Origin: a virus
IMG/VR virus record: IMGVR_UViG_3300044733_003647
Span: 32,001 to 96,000 of that record
Direction: 5' to 3' (one strand)
DNA: 64,000 nucleotides
This document shows, piece after piece, positions 16,707 through 27,804 of the stretch. Below the pieces are notes generated by a model. That model did no database searches. It saw nothing but the letters and a program-made list of their open reading frames with translations, and was not told where the DNA came from. The translations under genes and the position numbers were made by a program. Position 1 is the stretch's first letter, and each line of letters starts with the position of its first letter.

Positions 16707-19511
16707 ATGATTCCTGATTTTCAGAAGACTTCGTTACTAATACCATCACAGCTTCCCTCTTTCGTTAGGGAAAATCCAGACTATGACAAGTTTGTTACGT
16801 TCTTGCAGGCATACTATGAATGGATGGAAGAGAATGGTAATGTCACAGAGAGAAGTAAGAATATTCTCAACTATAAAGACATTGATAGAACGACAGAAGA
16901 ATTTATAAAATATTTTACAGATGAGTTTCTTCAATATTTTCCGCAAGAAGTTTTAATTGACAAACGTACTGCTGTAAAATATGCTCGTCAACTATACTAC
17001 ACAAAAGGCACACCAGCATCTTATCAATTCTTATTCAGGATTTTATACGATTCTGATTTCGATATTTTCTATACAAAAGATGCGGTTCTAAAAGCTTCTG
17101 ATGGTTCTTGGTACGTTGCAAGAAGTTTAAAGTTGGCAACGGGAAATAAAAATTTCTTAAAAGTTAATAACTATAGACTGTTTGGTGAAACAACAAAATC
17201 GATTGCAACAATTGAAAATGCAACATCAACAGGCAACAGAGTTGAAGTGTTTATTTCCGATATTACAAGATTGTTTCAGTCGGGTGAATTTGTTAAAGTA
17301 GTTGACACAAACAACCAAGATGTTTTGTTTGGTGGGCAACCACTCAGAGCAAAGATTGTTGGTCAAATAAATCAAATCAATATTGATCCAAACAGAAGAG
17401 GTTTGCTTTATCAAACTGGCGACCCAGTGGTAATTTATGGTGGATTGAACTCCGCCAATGGAATTGGTGCATCAGCAACAGTTGGACAAACAACATCAGG
17501 ATCTATTCAACGTATAAATGTTGTTGATGGAAGTTATGGTTTCAGAACTGATCCAAATACAATCATCACACTAACAAATGCACCTGGTGCAACTGCTGTT
17601 GTTGGTTCTGTGGAACCAGATCCCACAAAAACTGCCAATGTTACTTTATTGTCTATAGAAGCTATCGGCCTTAAAAGATTTGTAACAATTGGTAACACAA
17701 ATTATGGATTCACCAATGTGGCTTCAGCAAATGCGAACACCAGATTATCTGATGCATTTAGTTTCACTCAATTTGCAGCATATCCAATATCTTCTGTTAT
17801 TGTTACAAATGGTGGTGGTGGAATCAGAACTATTCCAACAGTGCAAGCAACATCTGTGTATCAAAATGAATTAGGTGATTCAATTGATCTTGGTAATTTA
17901 GGTATACTCTCACCAATTCAAATTTTAAATGGTGGGCATGGTTATCAAGCAAATGATCGAATTGTTTTCTCTGGTGGATCTGGTGTTGGTGCTCGAGCAA
18001 ATGTGGTGGCTGTTTCCAACACGGGTTCTATTACAGATGTTGAATACGTTTATGGTACTATAAGAGATTATCCACTTGGTGGTTTGGGTTATTCTGAATT
18101 ATCTATACCAACAGTGACTGTGCAATCAGCCAATGTGCAAGCCGCAAATGCAAGTTTAGTTGTACCAGGAATACTTGGTAGAGGTGCAACATTCTCTGTC
18201 GTAACAAACAGAACTGGTTCGGTGACAACAATCAATATTAGTAATCCTGGTGAAGATTATGTTTCTGCACCTGGCGTTTCTTTAAAGGTTGAAGATATTT
18301 TAGTTTCTAATGTTTTACCATCACTAATAGAAAGTGGAGATGTTATTTTCCAAGGAGTTGATGCAAACACCTCAACATATTTGGCATACGTGGATTCTTT
18401 TTCTGTGTATCGTTTTAATGCTGATTCCGCACAAACAGTATATAATTTGCGTGTTTACAACTATAACTCAACACCAAATACTGCATTACCACTAAGAACA
18501 GAAAACAATGTCAACTTACAAATGGTTGGTGCAGCACTAGATTCAAATTATAATTCTAGTGGTATAAGAAGATATGGTGACGGTAACGCAAGAGCTAATG
18601 CATCTTTCTTGAATGGATTAGTTGTCAGTCAAGGGCAATACCTAAACTCAAGAGGTAAACCAAGTTCTTCGGACGTATTGCAAAGCAAAATATACAACAA
18701 CTTCACTTATATAATCAGTGTCGAAAAAGAAATTGAAAAGTATAGAGAAATTCTACTGAACTTGTTGCACCCAACAGGAATGAATTTCTTAGGTCGTTAT
18801 GTATTAAGATCAAATACCGACTTTCAACTCGACACCTACAGTGCAGTATTCCAAGGTTACCCATTAGACCACTTTACGGGTTATACTGGTACACATGCAC
18901 ACATTTATACCAGTTTCACAAATGGCAGTAACAACATAGTTTATTTTGATGACCTGGCTGGTGCAAATCTCGCCAACATCATATTTGCAAACACAGATAC
19001 ACTTGTTTTGAAGACAACAAATGGTCCAGATGTTTCATCAAGAGTTGTTTCTGTTAATAGTGCTGCGAATACAGTAACACTTGAAAGCAATGTTTGGTTG
19101 ACATATGCGAATGTTGCATTCGTATCTGGCAATTCTGGTTCGAACGTCATAAATATTAGATCATTGACCAGTGCTTATAATATTATGAACAATGGTCAGT
19201 ACAGCAACACAGACTATCCAATCAAAGATATCGTTTATGTTGGTGATACAATTTTGGTGGATAACAATACAAGTAAGGTTGTACAGAGTGTTGACTTTGA
19301 AAATGATCGAATTTATCTGACAGCCAATTTGACTTCGAATGTTGGTAACTCATACATGGCAGTTAACAGAACATTTATTGCAAACACTGCACTGAACTCA
19401 AGACAGATATTCATTTATGGTGCAGTTGGACAAGTTTATATACCAGAACTTACAACAGAAGATGGTTTTTCAATAACAACTGAGGATGGTAGAACACTTC
19501 TATTAGGATAA
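16707..19511 (+). CDS. gp7: Baseplate wedge initiator gp7-like
   Basis: QLPSFVRE.P...F..FL.AYYEW, YYTKGT..SY.FLFRILY, LQ...YNNFTY and LLHPTGM; follows gp6. Confidence 0.75.
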   Translation: MIPDFQKTSLLIPSQLPSFVRENPDYDKFVTFLQAYYEWMEENGNVTERSKNILNYKDIDRTTEEFIKYFTDEFLQYFPQEVLIDKRTAVKYARQLYYTKGTPASYQFLFRILYDSDFDIFYTKDAVLKASDGSWYVARSLKLATGNKNFLKVNNYRLFGETTKSIATIENATSTGNRVEVFISDITRLFQSGEFVKVVDTNNQDVLFGGQPLRAKIVGQINQINIDPNRRGLLYQTGDPVVIYGGLNSANGIGASATVGQTTSGSIQRINVVDGSYGFRTDPNTIITLTNAPGATAVVGSVEPDPTKTANVTLLSIEAIGLKRFVTIGNTNYGFTNVASANANTRLSDAFSFTQFAAYPISSVIVTNGGGGIRTIPTVQATSVYQNELGDSIDLGNLGILSPIQILNGGHGYQANDRIVFSGGSGVGARANVVAVSNTGSITDVEYVYGTIRDYPLGGLGYSELSIPTVTVQSANVQAANASLVVPGILGRGATFSVVTNRTGSVTTINISNPGEDYVSAPGVSLKVEDILVSNVLPSLIESGDVIFQGVDANTSTYLAYVDSFSVYRFNADSAQTVYNLRVYNYNSTPNTALPLRTENNVNLQMVGAALDSNYNSSGIRRYGDGNARANASFLNGLVVSQGQYLNSRGKPSSSDVLQSKIYNNFTYIISVEKEIEKYREILLNLLHPTGMNFLGRYVLRSNTDFQLDTYSAVFQGYPLDHFTGYTGTHAHIYTSFTNGSNNIVYFDDLAGANLANIIFANTDTLVLKTTNGPDVSSRVVSVNSAANTVTLESNVWLTYANVAFVSGNSGSNVINIRSLTSAYNIMNNGQYSNTDYPIKDIVYVGDTILVDNNTSKVVQSVDFENDRIYLTANLTSNVGNSYMAVNRTFIANTALNSRQIFIYGAVGQVYIPELTTEDGFSITTEDGRTLLLG

Positions 19512-19514
19512 AAA

Positions 19515-20873
19515 ATGTCAACAGTAAAAATTACAGACTTAGCATCAAAAACACTGGCAACAAACACTGCAAATACAATATTTGTTGGTGTGGATTTGCC
19601 AACTGGCGTAACAGGAAAGTATACAGCCAAAAATTTAGTTGATAATCTGTATGCGAATGATCCTTTACCCATTGGTAATACAATTATATTTGCTGACAGT
19701 ACCACACAAAACACCTCTTTCGCTGCGGCCGCATCATATGCTAATGCTGCGTTCTTAAGAGCCAATGCAGCATACGGTTCACAGAACACAACAGGAACTT
19801 ATGCCAATGCAGCATTTTTGGTGGCAAATACACCACACGCTATTGCAAACTCTGCTGCACTATATGCCAACGGCGCATTCTTACAATCAAATGCTGCATT
19901 CTTGGTAGCAAATACACCTACACATGTAGCAAACTCAGCAGCTCTCTATGCTAACGGTGCATTCGCAAAAGCAAATGCTGCACTGGCCAATACATCAGGA
20001 ACATTTGCTGGCAACCTATCAATAACAGGTGATTTAAACCTATTGAATGGTTCATTATATTCTGCTGGAAACATGTCTGTCAATGGAACCATGGTTCTGG
20101 CAAACAGTAATTTTTCAGCAACAGAAGCCGCAATAACAATCAAGGCAACTGCAAATACGGCCACACCGTCAAATGATGGTTACATGCTGCACATTTCAGG
20201 TAAACAAAACGTTGCTTCACGAATCGTATTTGATTCTTATAGTGTGACCGGTAATGCATATGCTGTTGTTGCTGGTAGAACAGCAAGAGGTACAGTCGAT
20301 GCACCATTAGCCGCAGCAAATGGTGATGTGTTGATGAGAGTTTCGGGTAACGGACATGGTGGTGCAGGTGCAGGCTTCACACAGTTTGGTGTTGCACGTA
20401 TTGATATCGTTGCAACAGAAAACTATTCGTCCACAAATAGAGGATCACAGATTCAATTCTGGAATTGCCCAGTGGGATCTAATACACTACAAAGAATTGC
20501 ATCATTCAATGGTAATTCTGTAACTTTCACGGGTGTTGTTGAACCACAAAAAGGATTCATTTACGTACCAACGGTTCTCCCTGGTTCACAAACGGCATTC
20601 ACAATTGATTTTTCAACAACATCATTGATTAAAGCAAGTTTGGTAGCAGATTGTACCATAACACTTTCAAATTATGTGGCAGGTAAAGTTGTTGAAGTGT
20701 GGTTAACAAACACAGGTGGCACAAATAGAACTATTACACACGGATGCACAGCAACCAATTCTTCCGAAAATGCCACCACATTTACGATTCCTGCAACAAG
20801 TTCAGCTTATCTGAGGTATTTCAGTATTGATGGTGATAACGCAAATACATTTGTAGCAATCCAACACGGTTAA
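19515..20873 (+). CDS. Fibre-like virion protein
   Basis: N-terminal KITDL motif, ANAAF/YANGAF helical repeats and a beta-rich C-terminus. Confidence 0.6.
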   Translation: MSTVKITDLASKTLATNTANTIFVGVDLPTGVTGKYTAKNLVDNLYANDPLPIGNTIIFADSTTQNTSFAAAASYANAAFLRANAAYGSQNTTGTYANAAFLVANTPHAIANSAALYANGAFLQSNAAFLVANTPTHVANSAALYANGAFAKANAALANTSGTFAGNLSITGDLNLLNGSLYSAGNMSVNGTMVLANSNFSATEAAITIKATANTATPSNDGYMLHISGKQNVASRIVFDSYSVTGNAYAVVAGRTARGTVDAPLAAANGDVLMRVSGNGHGGAGAGFTQFGVARIDIVATENYSSTNRGSQIQFWNCPVGSNTLQRIASFNGNSVTFTGVVEPQKGFIYVPTVLPGSQTAFTIDFSTTSLIKASLVADCTITLSNYVAGKVVEVWLTNTGGTNRTITHGCTATNSSENATTFTIPATSSAYLRYFSIDGDNANTFVAIQHG

Positions 20874-20886
20874 TAAATAACTCACT

Positions 20887-22254
20887 ATGACAAATAAAAT
20901 CGTAATCACACCTGAAGCCAAGCTCTTACAAGTGCAACAGAGTTATTATGCACCTGTTGCCGTAATCACATCAAAAAACAATTTGCCTGTCGAGACAGAC
21001 TACTGTTTTCTTTCTAGAGTTGACCCGTGGCCACAGGCAAACACTCCACCCACTCCTGGATTGGACCAGAAGAGTCGAAAAGAAGTCTTCAAAAACATCT
21101 TTGCAGTAAAAAAAGTAAACACATCCGATATTTCTCCAGTAATTCAGAGAATTGATTGGAGGTCAGGAACAATTTACGATTATTATCGCGACGATATTAA
21201 TATCTTAGAACAAGATGAAAATGGAAATTTAGTTTATAATTTCTATGTCAAGAATAGATACGACCAAGTTTTTAAGTGTTTGTGGAATGGAAACGGTGCT
21301 GCTGCAACAGACGAACCAATGTTCACACCAGGCACATACGGAACAAACAACATTTATGTCGGTTCAGATGGTTACAAATGGAAATTTATCTATTCGATTG
21401 ACACCGGTTTAAAAGTTAAATTCATGGACACCAAGTGGATGCCTGTTGGTGTCAGCACAACTTCATTGAATGCATTAACAGCTCCAGAAGGCATTGGTGG
21501 AGTTGAAGTTATAAATGTTTATAGTGTTGGTTCTGGTTACGATGCACCCAATGCAACGATTACTGTAACTGTAACTGGTGATGGCAACGGTGCAGTTGCA
21601 ACAGCTAACACATCAAACGGATCTATTATAGATATTATCGTTACAAATCCTGGTGCAAATTATACTTTTGCGAACGTAACTATCACATCAGCATTAGGTA
21701 ATGGCGTTGTTGCATATGCAAATACGTCACCTGTCGGTGGCCACGGATTCGATCCAATTTCTGAACTTGGTTGTTCACATGTTATGTATTCGGTTGAGTT
21801 TAATGGTTCTGAAGGTGGTGAAATACCAACCGATATCGACTTTCACCAATTGGGTTTGATAGTAAATCCAACATCTAAGCAATCAAGTCCGAATCCAGCA
21901 AATGGTACAATTTATAGAACGACAACCGATTTAATTGTTGCTCCGGGTTTTGGTACATTTGAAAGAGATGAGGTTGTTTATCAAGGTTCTTCTTTGGCTG
22001 CAGCTACATTTACTGCAAAAGTTTTAAGCTTTGATGTTGCAACTAATGTACTTAGACTCATAAATACAACAGGCACACCAGCACTTAATGGTTCCGTTTA
22101 CGGAAACACATCATCAACAGCAAGAACTGTACTAACCGTCAGTTATCCAAACTTTGTTTTATTCTCTGGTTACTTGGCATATATAGAAAATAGAGAAAGC
22201 ATTCAAAGAAGTTTTGACGGCATAGAACAATATAGATTCGTATTAGGTTACTAA
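20887..22254 (+). CDS. gp8: Baseplate wedge subunit gp8
   Basis: RIDW.SGT.YD.Y, FYV.N...QVFKCL.N, DGYKWKFIY, P.GGHG.D...ELG, YIENR..I.R and EQYRFVL. Confidence 0.88.
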   Translation: MTNKIVITPEAKLLQVQQSYYAPVAVITSKNNLPVETDYCFLSRVDPWPQANTPPTPGLDQKSRKEVFKNIFAVKKVNTSDISPVIQRIDWRSGTIYDYYRDDINILEQDENGNLVYNFYVKNRYDQVFKCLWNGNGAAATDEPMFTPGTYGTNNIYVGSDGYKWKFIYSIDTGLKVKFMDTKWMPVGVSTTSLNALTAPEGIGGVEVINVYSVGSGYDAPNATITVTVTGDGNGAVATANTSNGSIIDIIVTNPGANYTFANVTITSALGNGVVAYANTSPVGGHGFDPISELGCSHVMYSVEFNGSEGGEIPTDIDFHQLGLIVNPTSKQSSPNPANGTIYRTTTDLIVAPGFGTFERDEVVYQGSSLAAATFTAKVLSFDVATNVLRLINTTGTPALNGSVYGNTSSTARTVLTVSYPNFVLFSGYLAYIENRESIQRSFDGIEQYRFVLGY

Positions 22255-22263
22255 AGGAAAAAA

Positions 22264-25200
22264 ATGGCTCTGAATTTTAACGTTGATCCATATTACGATG
22301 ATTTCGACCCATCAAAGAATTTTCATCGTATTCTTTTTAAACCAGGCGTTGCAGTACAGGCAAGAGAATTAACACAATCTCAAACAATTCTGCAAAGCCA
22401 GATTTCTAAATTTGCAGATAACATTTTTTCACAGAACACACCAGTTACTGGTGGTAAAGTTACTGTAAATCAAAATTGTTATTATTTAAAACTAAACGCA
22501 CAATACAATAGTGCTGACATTGTTGCTGGTGATTTTACCAATAAAATTATTCAGGATTCAACCGGTCAAGTTATTGCGAAAGTAATTAAGACAGCAGAAG
22601 CAACAGGTACAGATGTAACTGCAGGTGATCCACCAACACTAATTGTTACATATCTTTCTGGTAGTCAGTTTAGTGATGGCATGGATATTTTCCCTGCTGA
22701 CGGATCAAACTTTGCAGCAACAATTATTGGTACTCTTGGTGGTTCAACTGGTGTCGGGCTTTCTTCTGTTGCATCCATTTCTGATGGTGTTTTCTACATT
22801 GTTAATGGTTATTCACAGTCAAGTACACAGAATGAAGATGGTTCTTATACCAAGTATTCAATCGGTAATTTTGTATCCGTTCAACCACAAACAACAATAC
22901 TGGACAAGTACAGTTCAACACCGTCCTATCGTGTAGGTTTGTCGATCCAAGAAACAATCGTAGACTATATCGATGATCCATCACTATTGGATCCGGCAGT
23001 TGGTGCATCGAACTATCAGGCACCAGGTGCAGATAGATATCAAATTAACTTGTCACTCACAACATTACCATTAGAATTGGGTAATGATGATGCATTCGTT
23101 GAGTTACTAAGAATTGAAAATGGTAATGTTCAGAAGCAAGTAAACAGCACAGTTTATTCTGTCATTGATGAATACTTTGCAAAGAGAACTTCTGAGACAA
23201 ACGGTGATTATATCGTCAGTAATTTCAAGATAACACCTTCTGCAAACACAATTGACGCAAATACATATATCTTAGGCGTTGGACCGGGCATTGCATATGT
23301 TCAAGGTTTTAGAATAGAAAATCAATCGACATTGCAAATTACATCTGGTCGTGCAAGAACAACAGATTCTATCAATAACAATAGTAACTTTATTGATTAT
23401 GGTAACTACATCTATATTGATAATTTGAAAGGTCAAGGCGGCAGTTTCTTTGATATCACAACCGGCAGCCCAGTAGATTTTCATATTGTTGGCACCACGG
23501 GTGTTGATAGATCAAACACAACAACTTACAATTCAACTTTAGCTGGCAGTGGTTATATTCGTGCATTAAGTTATGTTCAGGCCTCAAACGGTTCAAATAC
23601 ACAAACATATACTTACAAGGCACACATCTTTGATCTTGCAAGTAAAACACTTTCAAGCAACGTTTCAGTTGCCAACACCAATTTCACAACACTGTATGTT
23701 GGTTCAGCTGGTCAATTGTCAAACGTAGCAAATGCATACGTTGGTTGTTCTATCACAATTAATTCTGGCACAAATGCGGGTGATGCAAGAACAATTACCT
23801 ATTACGATCCGAACAACAAAACAATTCAAACCGATGCACCTTTCACCATTTTACCTGACGGAACATCTCAGTTCTCAATTCGTTTTGGTGTAAAAGATTT
23901 CGAAACAATTGTGCAACCTGTTGTAGGTACACCTTACACATTTGAAGGTAGTGCAAGTGTTAGCAATTTGGGTAAAGTAAACAATGTCGCATCTGGTTAC
24001 ACACAGTTATTCAATCCAGGAAATCCACAACTGATCTTCCCATTGGGTAACAAGTTTGTTTCTGCTGTAACAGATTCTTCTTACACAACACTACAAGAAT
24101 TTAGAGCACAATCTTTCGCAAGTTACCTAACTGGTTCAAGAAGATATCTGCAATTGGATCCATCATCTACAGGAACATTTGATTTAATTAGAACAGGTAC
24201 AACAGAATCTGCTGATGCGATTAGACAAAATTGGATAGTTGTTGTAACAAACAGATTAACCAATACCACCATAAACAACGGTGATATTATCGATTTCACA
24301 ACAGGCAGCAGAAGTATTGCTGTTGACTCGGACAAAAATGGTGTTTATCTAACATGCCCGGATCTTGCTCCATTCGTTGCAACAATCTATACAAAACTAT
24401 CTGTTACAGATGGCAATGACACAAACTACGTACTGAAAACAAAGACACTTGTTCAAGCAAATACAACAGTTGCAAGTTCTGCTGGACCAGATGGTGTTGT
24501 CAATAACACATACATCGATCTGACAAATGGTCAAATCTGGATTCCAACTGCTGGCGTATTGAGTTATGGCAACAACCAGAAATTGTATGTTTCTGATGTT
24601 AAGAGAATTGTTAAGATTATTGATACGAATGGTGTAACACCAAATACAACACTGTTGACAACAGGTACCGATATTACATCTTACTATACATTTAATGATG
24701 GTCAAACAGACAGTTACTATGGGCACTCATACATCACATTGAAACCTGGTCGTCAGAAACCAGTTTCATTGTGGATTCTATTTGATCACTTCAACCATTC
24801 TGGTGGTGATGGTTACTTTAGCGCACAGTCTTATACAAACGTTGGTTTCACCGACAGACCAAAATACTATGCTGGCAATGGTACACTTTATGATCTGAAA
24901 GATTGTTTAGACTTTAGGCCTGCTGTGTTGAATGGACAAGGTAACTTTGTATTCAAATACAAAATCACGCCAACGACCACAAACAACTCCGGTTTCTTTA
25001 TTCCTTCAGACTTGAGTGCGTTTACATCCGATTATGCATACTATCTGGGAAGAAAAGATATACTTATAATTGGTAAAGACAAAGGCATAAGATTAATTGA
25101 AGGTGTTCCAGATATTAATCCTATTTTCCCCAGTCAGCCAGAAGGTTCTATGTTGTTGGCCAAAATTTCTTTGGATCCATACACCGAATATGTGACTGGT

Positions 25201-27351
25201 CAAACAACAACTGGGCAAATTGCAAACATCAGTGTTCAACCAGTACTACACAAACGTTGGGCATTCAAAGACATTACAGATTTGCAAACACGTGTCAATA
25301 ATCTGGAATATTATACATCATTAAATCTGTTGGAACAAAAGGCCGCAAATCTACAGATACCTGACGGAAATGGTTTAAATCGTTTCAAGAATGGTATTTT
25401 AGTTGATGACTTTTCAACCTTTAGTGTTGGTGACACATTCAATCCAGACTTTAGTGCAGCAATCAATACAAGATTGCAATATTTGACACCTGCATTATTG
25501 ATTAAAAATTATTCTCTACAGAACCAACAGTTGTTAAGTGTTGGTGGTTTCAAAGGCTTGTCAAATACAGCCACTACCGGACTATCATTCAAACCAACAA
25601 ATTCTGATAATTCTCCAATTTATACTTTAAAGTATACAGAAGAAATAATTGCAAGTCAACCTCTGGCAAGTAGAGTTATTTCGGTTAATCCTTTTGCTGT
25701 AGCAGATTCGGTTGGTACACTGACTCTGACTCCACCAATGGACAACTGGATTGACAATACAGCACAACCTGATTTGTTGTTCATTGATCCTAATCTGAGA
25801 ATGTATCAGCCTTCAAGCACTCTCAATTTACTTGAAGGTGATCCAACTTTGGCTGTTGGTGACTGGAAAACAATTCCAGGAACAGAAACAACAACCACAC
25901 AAACAATGACAGAAACTGTTGATGATGGTTTTTTTAATTTTTCTTCTTCTTACAACGCAAACGTCACAACCGTAGATAAACAAAACATCTACACCTACGG
26001 TTATTGGTCACAAACATATTCTGTTGAAGGTAATTATATTACCAACGTTTCTCTGTTGCCATATATCAGAGCACAACAGATTGCTTTCAGAGCAACAGAC
26101 ATGTTGTTTAATACAACAGTGAACGTATTCTTTGATGAGAAACGTGTCTCGCGTATGATTAGAAAGCCAAACATCATCGAATTGAGTGGTGTAACCGGTG
26201 AATTCAAAGTTGGTGACACAATTGGTTATGTCGTGAGTTCAATTTTCACAAAGACCGGTATTATTTCCGATATTTACAAGTATGCAAACGGCAACGTTCG
26301 TCTGTATGTTATTGGTGATATTGGCACCGCATCTTATGGTACAACTGTTAGAAACGGATTCTTCAATACGTCCGGTGTGTATCAGAACAGTACAGCAAGT
26401 GGTACATTTGTTTCGTTAACTCACTATTCTGGTGCATTCACAGCCAATACATCTTCAGCAAACACCGTAACACTTGCATCAACAGCTTCTTCAAGCAACA
26501 CAGCATATGTTGGGCAAGAATTCTGGATTGTTAATGGATCAGAGTCAAGTGTTCTGTCGATTCCTATCGGTCAGAAGGCAACAGTTTCAAGTTACAATGG
26601 TGTTACAAAAGTCGCCACATTGAATAGAAATATTACCGCAAAAACTGGCGAAACATATTCAATTGGACCTTTGGTTACCAACGAAGTTGGTTCCGTATCT
26701 GGTGTTTTCAACTGCCCAGGCGGTTACTTCCATGTTGGTGAAAGAACGATGAAGATTGATAACAGAATTGTTACAGAAGGTATATCAGACTTCTTCTACA
26801 ACAAAGGTACCGAAACAACATCGGCTCAAGCAACTTTCTTTGCACAAGGTTTATCTACAACATCTCAGCAAATTAATTATTCTGCAAGCGTGTCTGGTCA
26901 AGCAAACACAATCACAACCATCAAAACTGTTAATGACTTTGTTACAAATACACAGAGAATACAAACTGGTGGTGGCGGCGGAGGTTGCTGTGTTATTTCT
27001 ACAGCAATGGCTGACATGGGTATTTGGTCGAAAGATCAGAAGTTTGATCTGATTGAATGGTGTGAGAAGTATCTGCACAACAAAACACTTGGTGAATGCT
27101 TCCGCCGTGGTTATCAAGTGATTGGTTCTAAGGTTGCTGTGCCGTTGTTGAGGGATCAAGGCATTATTGGTAAGATTATAAGACCTTATGGTAATTGGGC
27201 ATTCACAAACGGAACAAACATGGTTCGTGGTAAGAAATTCTCATGGTTGTCAGTACCAAACTCTGTAGTTTGGATTGCAGGTTTCATGGCAGTTGGTGCA
27301 GTTGTCACAACAAAGTATGCAAACAAGTGCTGGAAAAAACTGTACGAATAA
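22264..27351 (+). CDS. Large VrlC/DUF4815-like virion protein, N-terminal part, ending in a Gly-linked Cys domain
   Basis: NVDPYYDDFD..KNFHRILFKPG.AVQARELTQ.Q.ILQ.Q, APGADRY, RI.NLEYYTSL.LLE and RFKNG.LVD.F. Confidence 0.8.
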   Translation: MALNFNVDPYYDDFDPSKNFHRILFKPGVAVQARELTQSQTILQSQISKFADNIFSQNTPVTGGKVTVNQNCYYLKLNAQYNSADIVAGDFTNKIIQDSTGQVIAKVIKTAEATGTDVTAGDPPTLIVTYLSGSQFSDGMDIFPADGSNFAATIIGTLGGSTGVGLSSVASISDGVFYIVNGYSQSSTQNEDGSYTKYSIGNFVSVQPQTTILDKYSSTPSYRVGLSIQETIVDYIDDPSLLDPAVGASNYQAPGADRYQINLSLTTLPLELGNDDAFVELLRIENGNVQKQVNSTVYSVIDEYFAKRTSETNGDYIVSNFKITPSANTIDANTYILGVGPGIAYVQGFRIENQSTLQITSGRARTTDSINNNSNFIDYGNYIYIDNLKGQGGSFFDITTGSPVDFHIVGTTGVDRSNTTTYNSTLAGSGYIRALSYVQASNGSNTQTYTYKAHIFDLASKTLSSNVSVANTNFTTLYVGSAGQLSNVANAYVGCSITINSGTNAGDARTITYYDPNNKTIQTDAPFTILPDGTSQFSIRFGVKDFETIVQPVVGTPYTFEGSASVSNLGKVNNVASGYTQLFNPGNPQLIFPLGNKFVSAVTDSSYTTLQEFRAQSFASYLTGSRRYLQLDPSSTGTFDLIRTGTTESADAIRQNWIVVVTNRLTNTTINNGDIIDFTTGSRSIAVDSDKNGVYLTCPDLAPFVATIYTKLSVTDGNDTNYVLKTKTLVQANTTVASSAGPDGVVNNTYIDLTNGQIWIPTAGVLSYGNNQKLYVSDVKRIVKIIDTNGVTPNTTLLTTGTDITSYYTFNDGQTDSYYGHSYITLKPGRQKPVSLWILFDHFNHSGGDGYFSAQSYTNVGFTDRPKYYAGNGTLYDLKDCLDFRPAVLNGQGNFVFKYKITPTTTNNSGFFIPSDLSAFTSDYAYYLGRKDILIIGKDKGIRLIEGVPDINPIFPSQPEGSMLLAKISLDPYTEYVTGQTTTGQIANISVQPVLHKRWAFKDITDLQTRVNNLEYYTSLNLLEQKAANLQIPDGNGLNRFKNGILVDDFSTFSVGDTFNPDFSAAINTRLQYLTPALLIKNYSLQNQQLLSVGGFKGLSNTATTGLSFKPTNSDNSPIYTLKYTEEIIASQPLASRVISVNPFAVADSVGTLTLTPPMDNWIDNTAQPDLLFIDPNLRMYQPSSTLNLLEGDPTLAVGDWKTIPGTETTTTQTMTETVDDGFFNFSSSYNANVTTVDKQNIYTYGYWSQTYSVEGNYITNVSLLPYIRAQQIAFRATDMLFNTTVNVFFDEKRVSRMIRKPNIIELSGVTGEFKVGDTIGYVVSSIFTKTGIISDIYKYANGNVRLYVIGDIGTASYGTTVRNGFFNTSGVYQNSTASGTFVSLTHYSGAFTANTSSANTVTLASTASSSNTAYVGQEFWIVNGSESSVLSIPIGQKATVSSYNGVTKVATLNRNITAKTGETYSIGPLVTNEVGSVSGVFNCPGGYFHVGERTMKIDNRIVTEGISDFFYNKGTETTSAQATFFAQGLSTTSQQINYSASVSGQANTITTIKTVNDFVTNTQRIQTGGGGGGCCVISTAMADMGIWSKDQKFDLIEWCEKYLHNKTLGECFRRGYQVIGSKVAVPLLRDQGIIGKIIRPYGNWAFTNGTNMVRGKKFSWLSVPNSVVWIAGFMAVGAVVTTKYANKCWKKLYE

Positions 27352-27354
27352 ATT

Positions 27355-27804
27355 ATGGGACTAAGTGTAGCTGAATATTTCGCACAAAAGGAGGCATGTG
27401 CCTCCTGTGTGGATCATGGCACCGAAGAACATTGTGTTACCACATTGTTAAGTAGAAAAGAAAATTGTTTTGTTTATAGTATTATACATAATCAAATTGG
27501 TGAGTATAAACAAGAAGAGATTGAGTTACTTAGAAAAATGAGGGAAGATTCTTCAGAAGAAGAGAACGTAATTTATTATGTTAGAGGTGAAAGAATCATT
27601 GAAAAGATGCATCTGATGGAAAAACCTTTCTATGAGCAGGTATCCTTTTTCAGTTATATTAATTTTAAGTATATCAAAAGTGTCGTCGAAGCATTAGTTC
27701 AAAAACGAACAGATGACGCAAAACGTCTAATAAATACTATGTTAGAAGTTCTTGAAAAAGAAAATAACATACCGAAGGAATTAAATGAGTTCAAGTACTA
27801 TTGA
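27355..27804 (+). CDS. Hypothetical protein with CxxC...HC and a CFI-box-like pattern
   Basis: 149 aa: CASCVDHGTEEHCVTT...ELLRKMRED...YYVRGERIIE. Confidence 0.55.
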   Translation: MGLSVAEYFAQKEACASCVDHGTEEHCVTTLLSRKENCFVYSIIHNQIGEYKQEEIELLRKMREDSSEEENVIYYVRGERIIEKMHLMEKPFYEQVSFFSYINFKYIKSVVEALVQKRTDDAKRLINTMLEVLEKENNIPKELNEFKYY

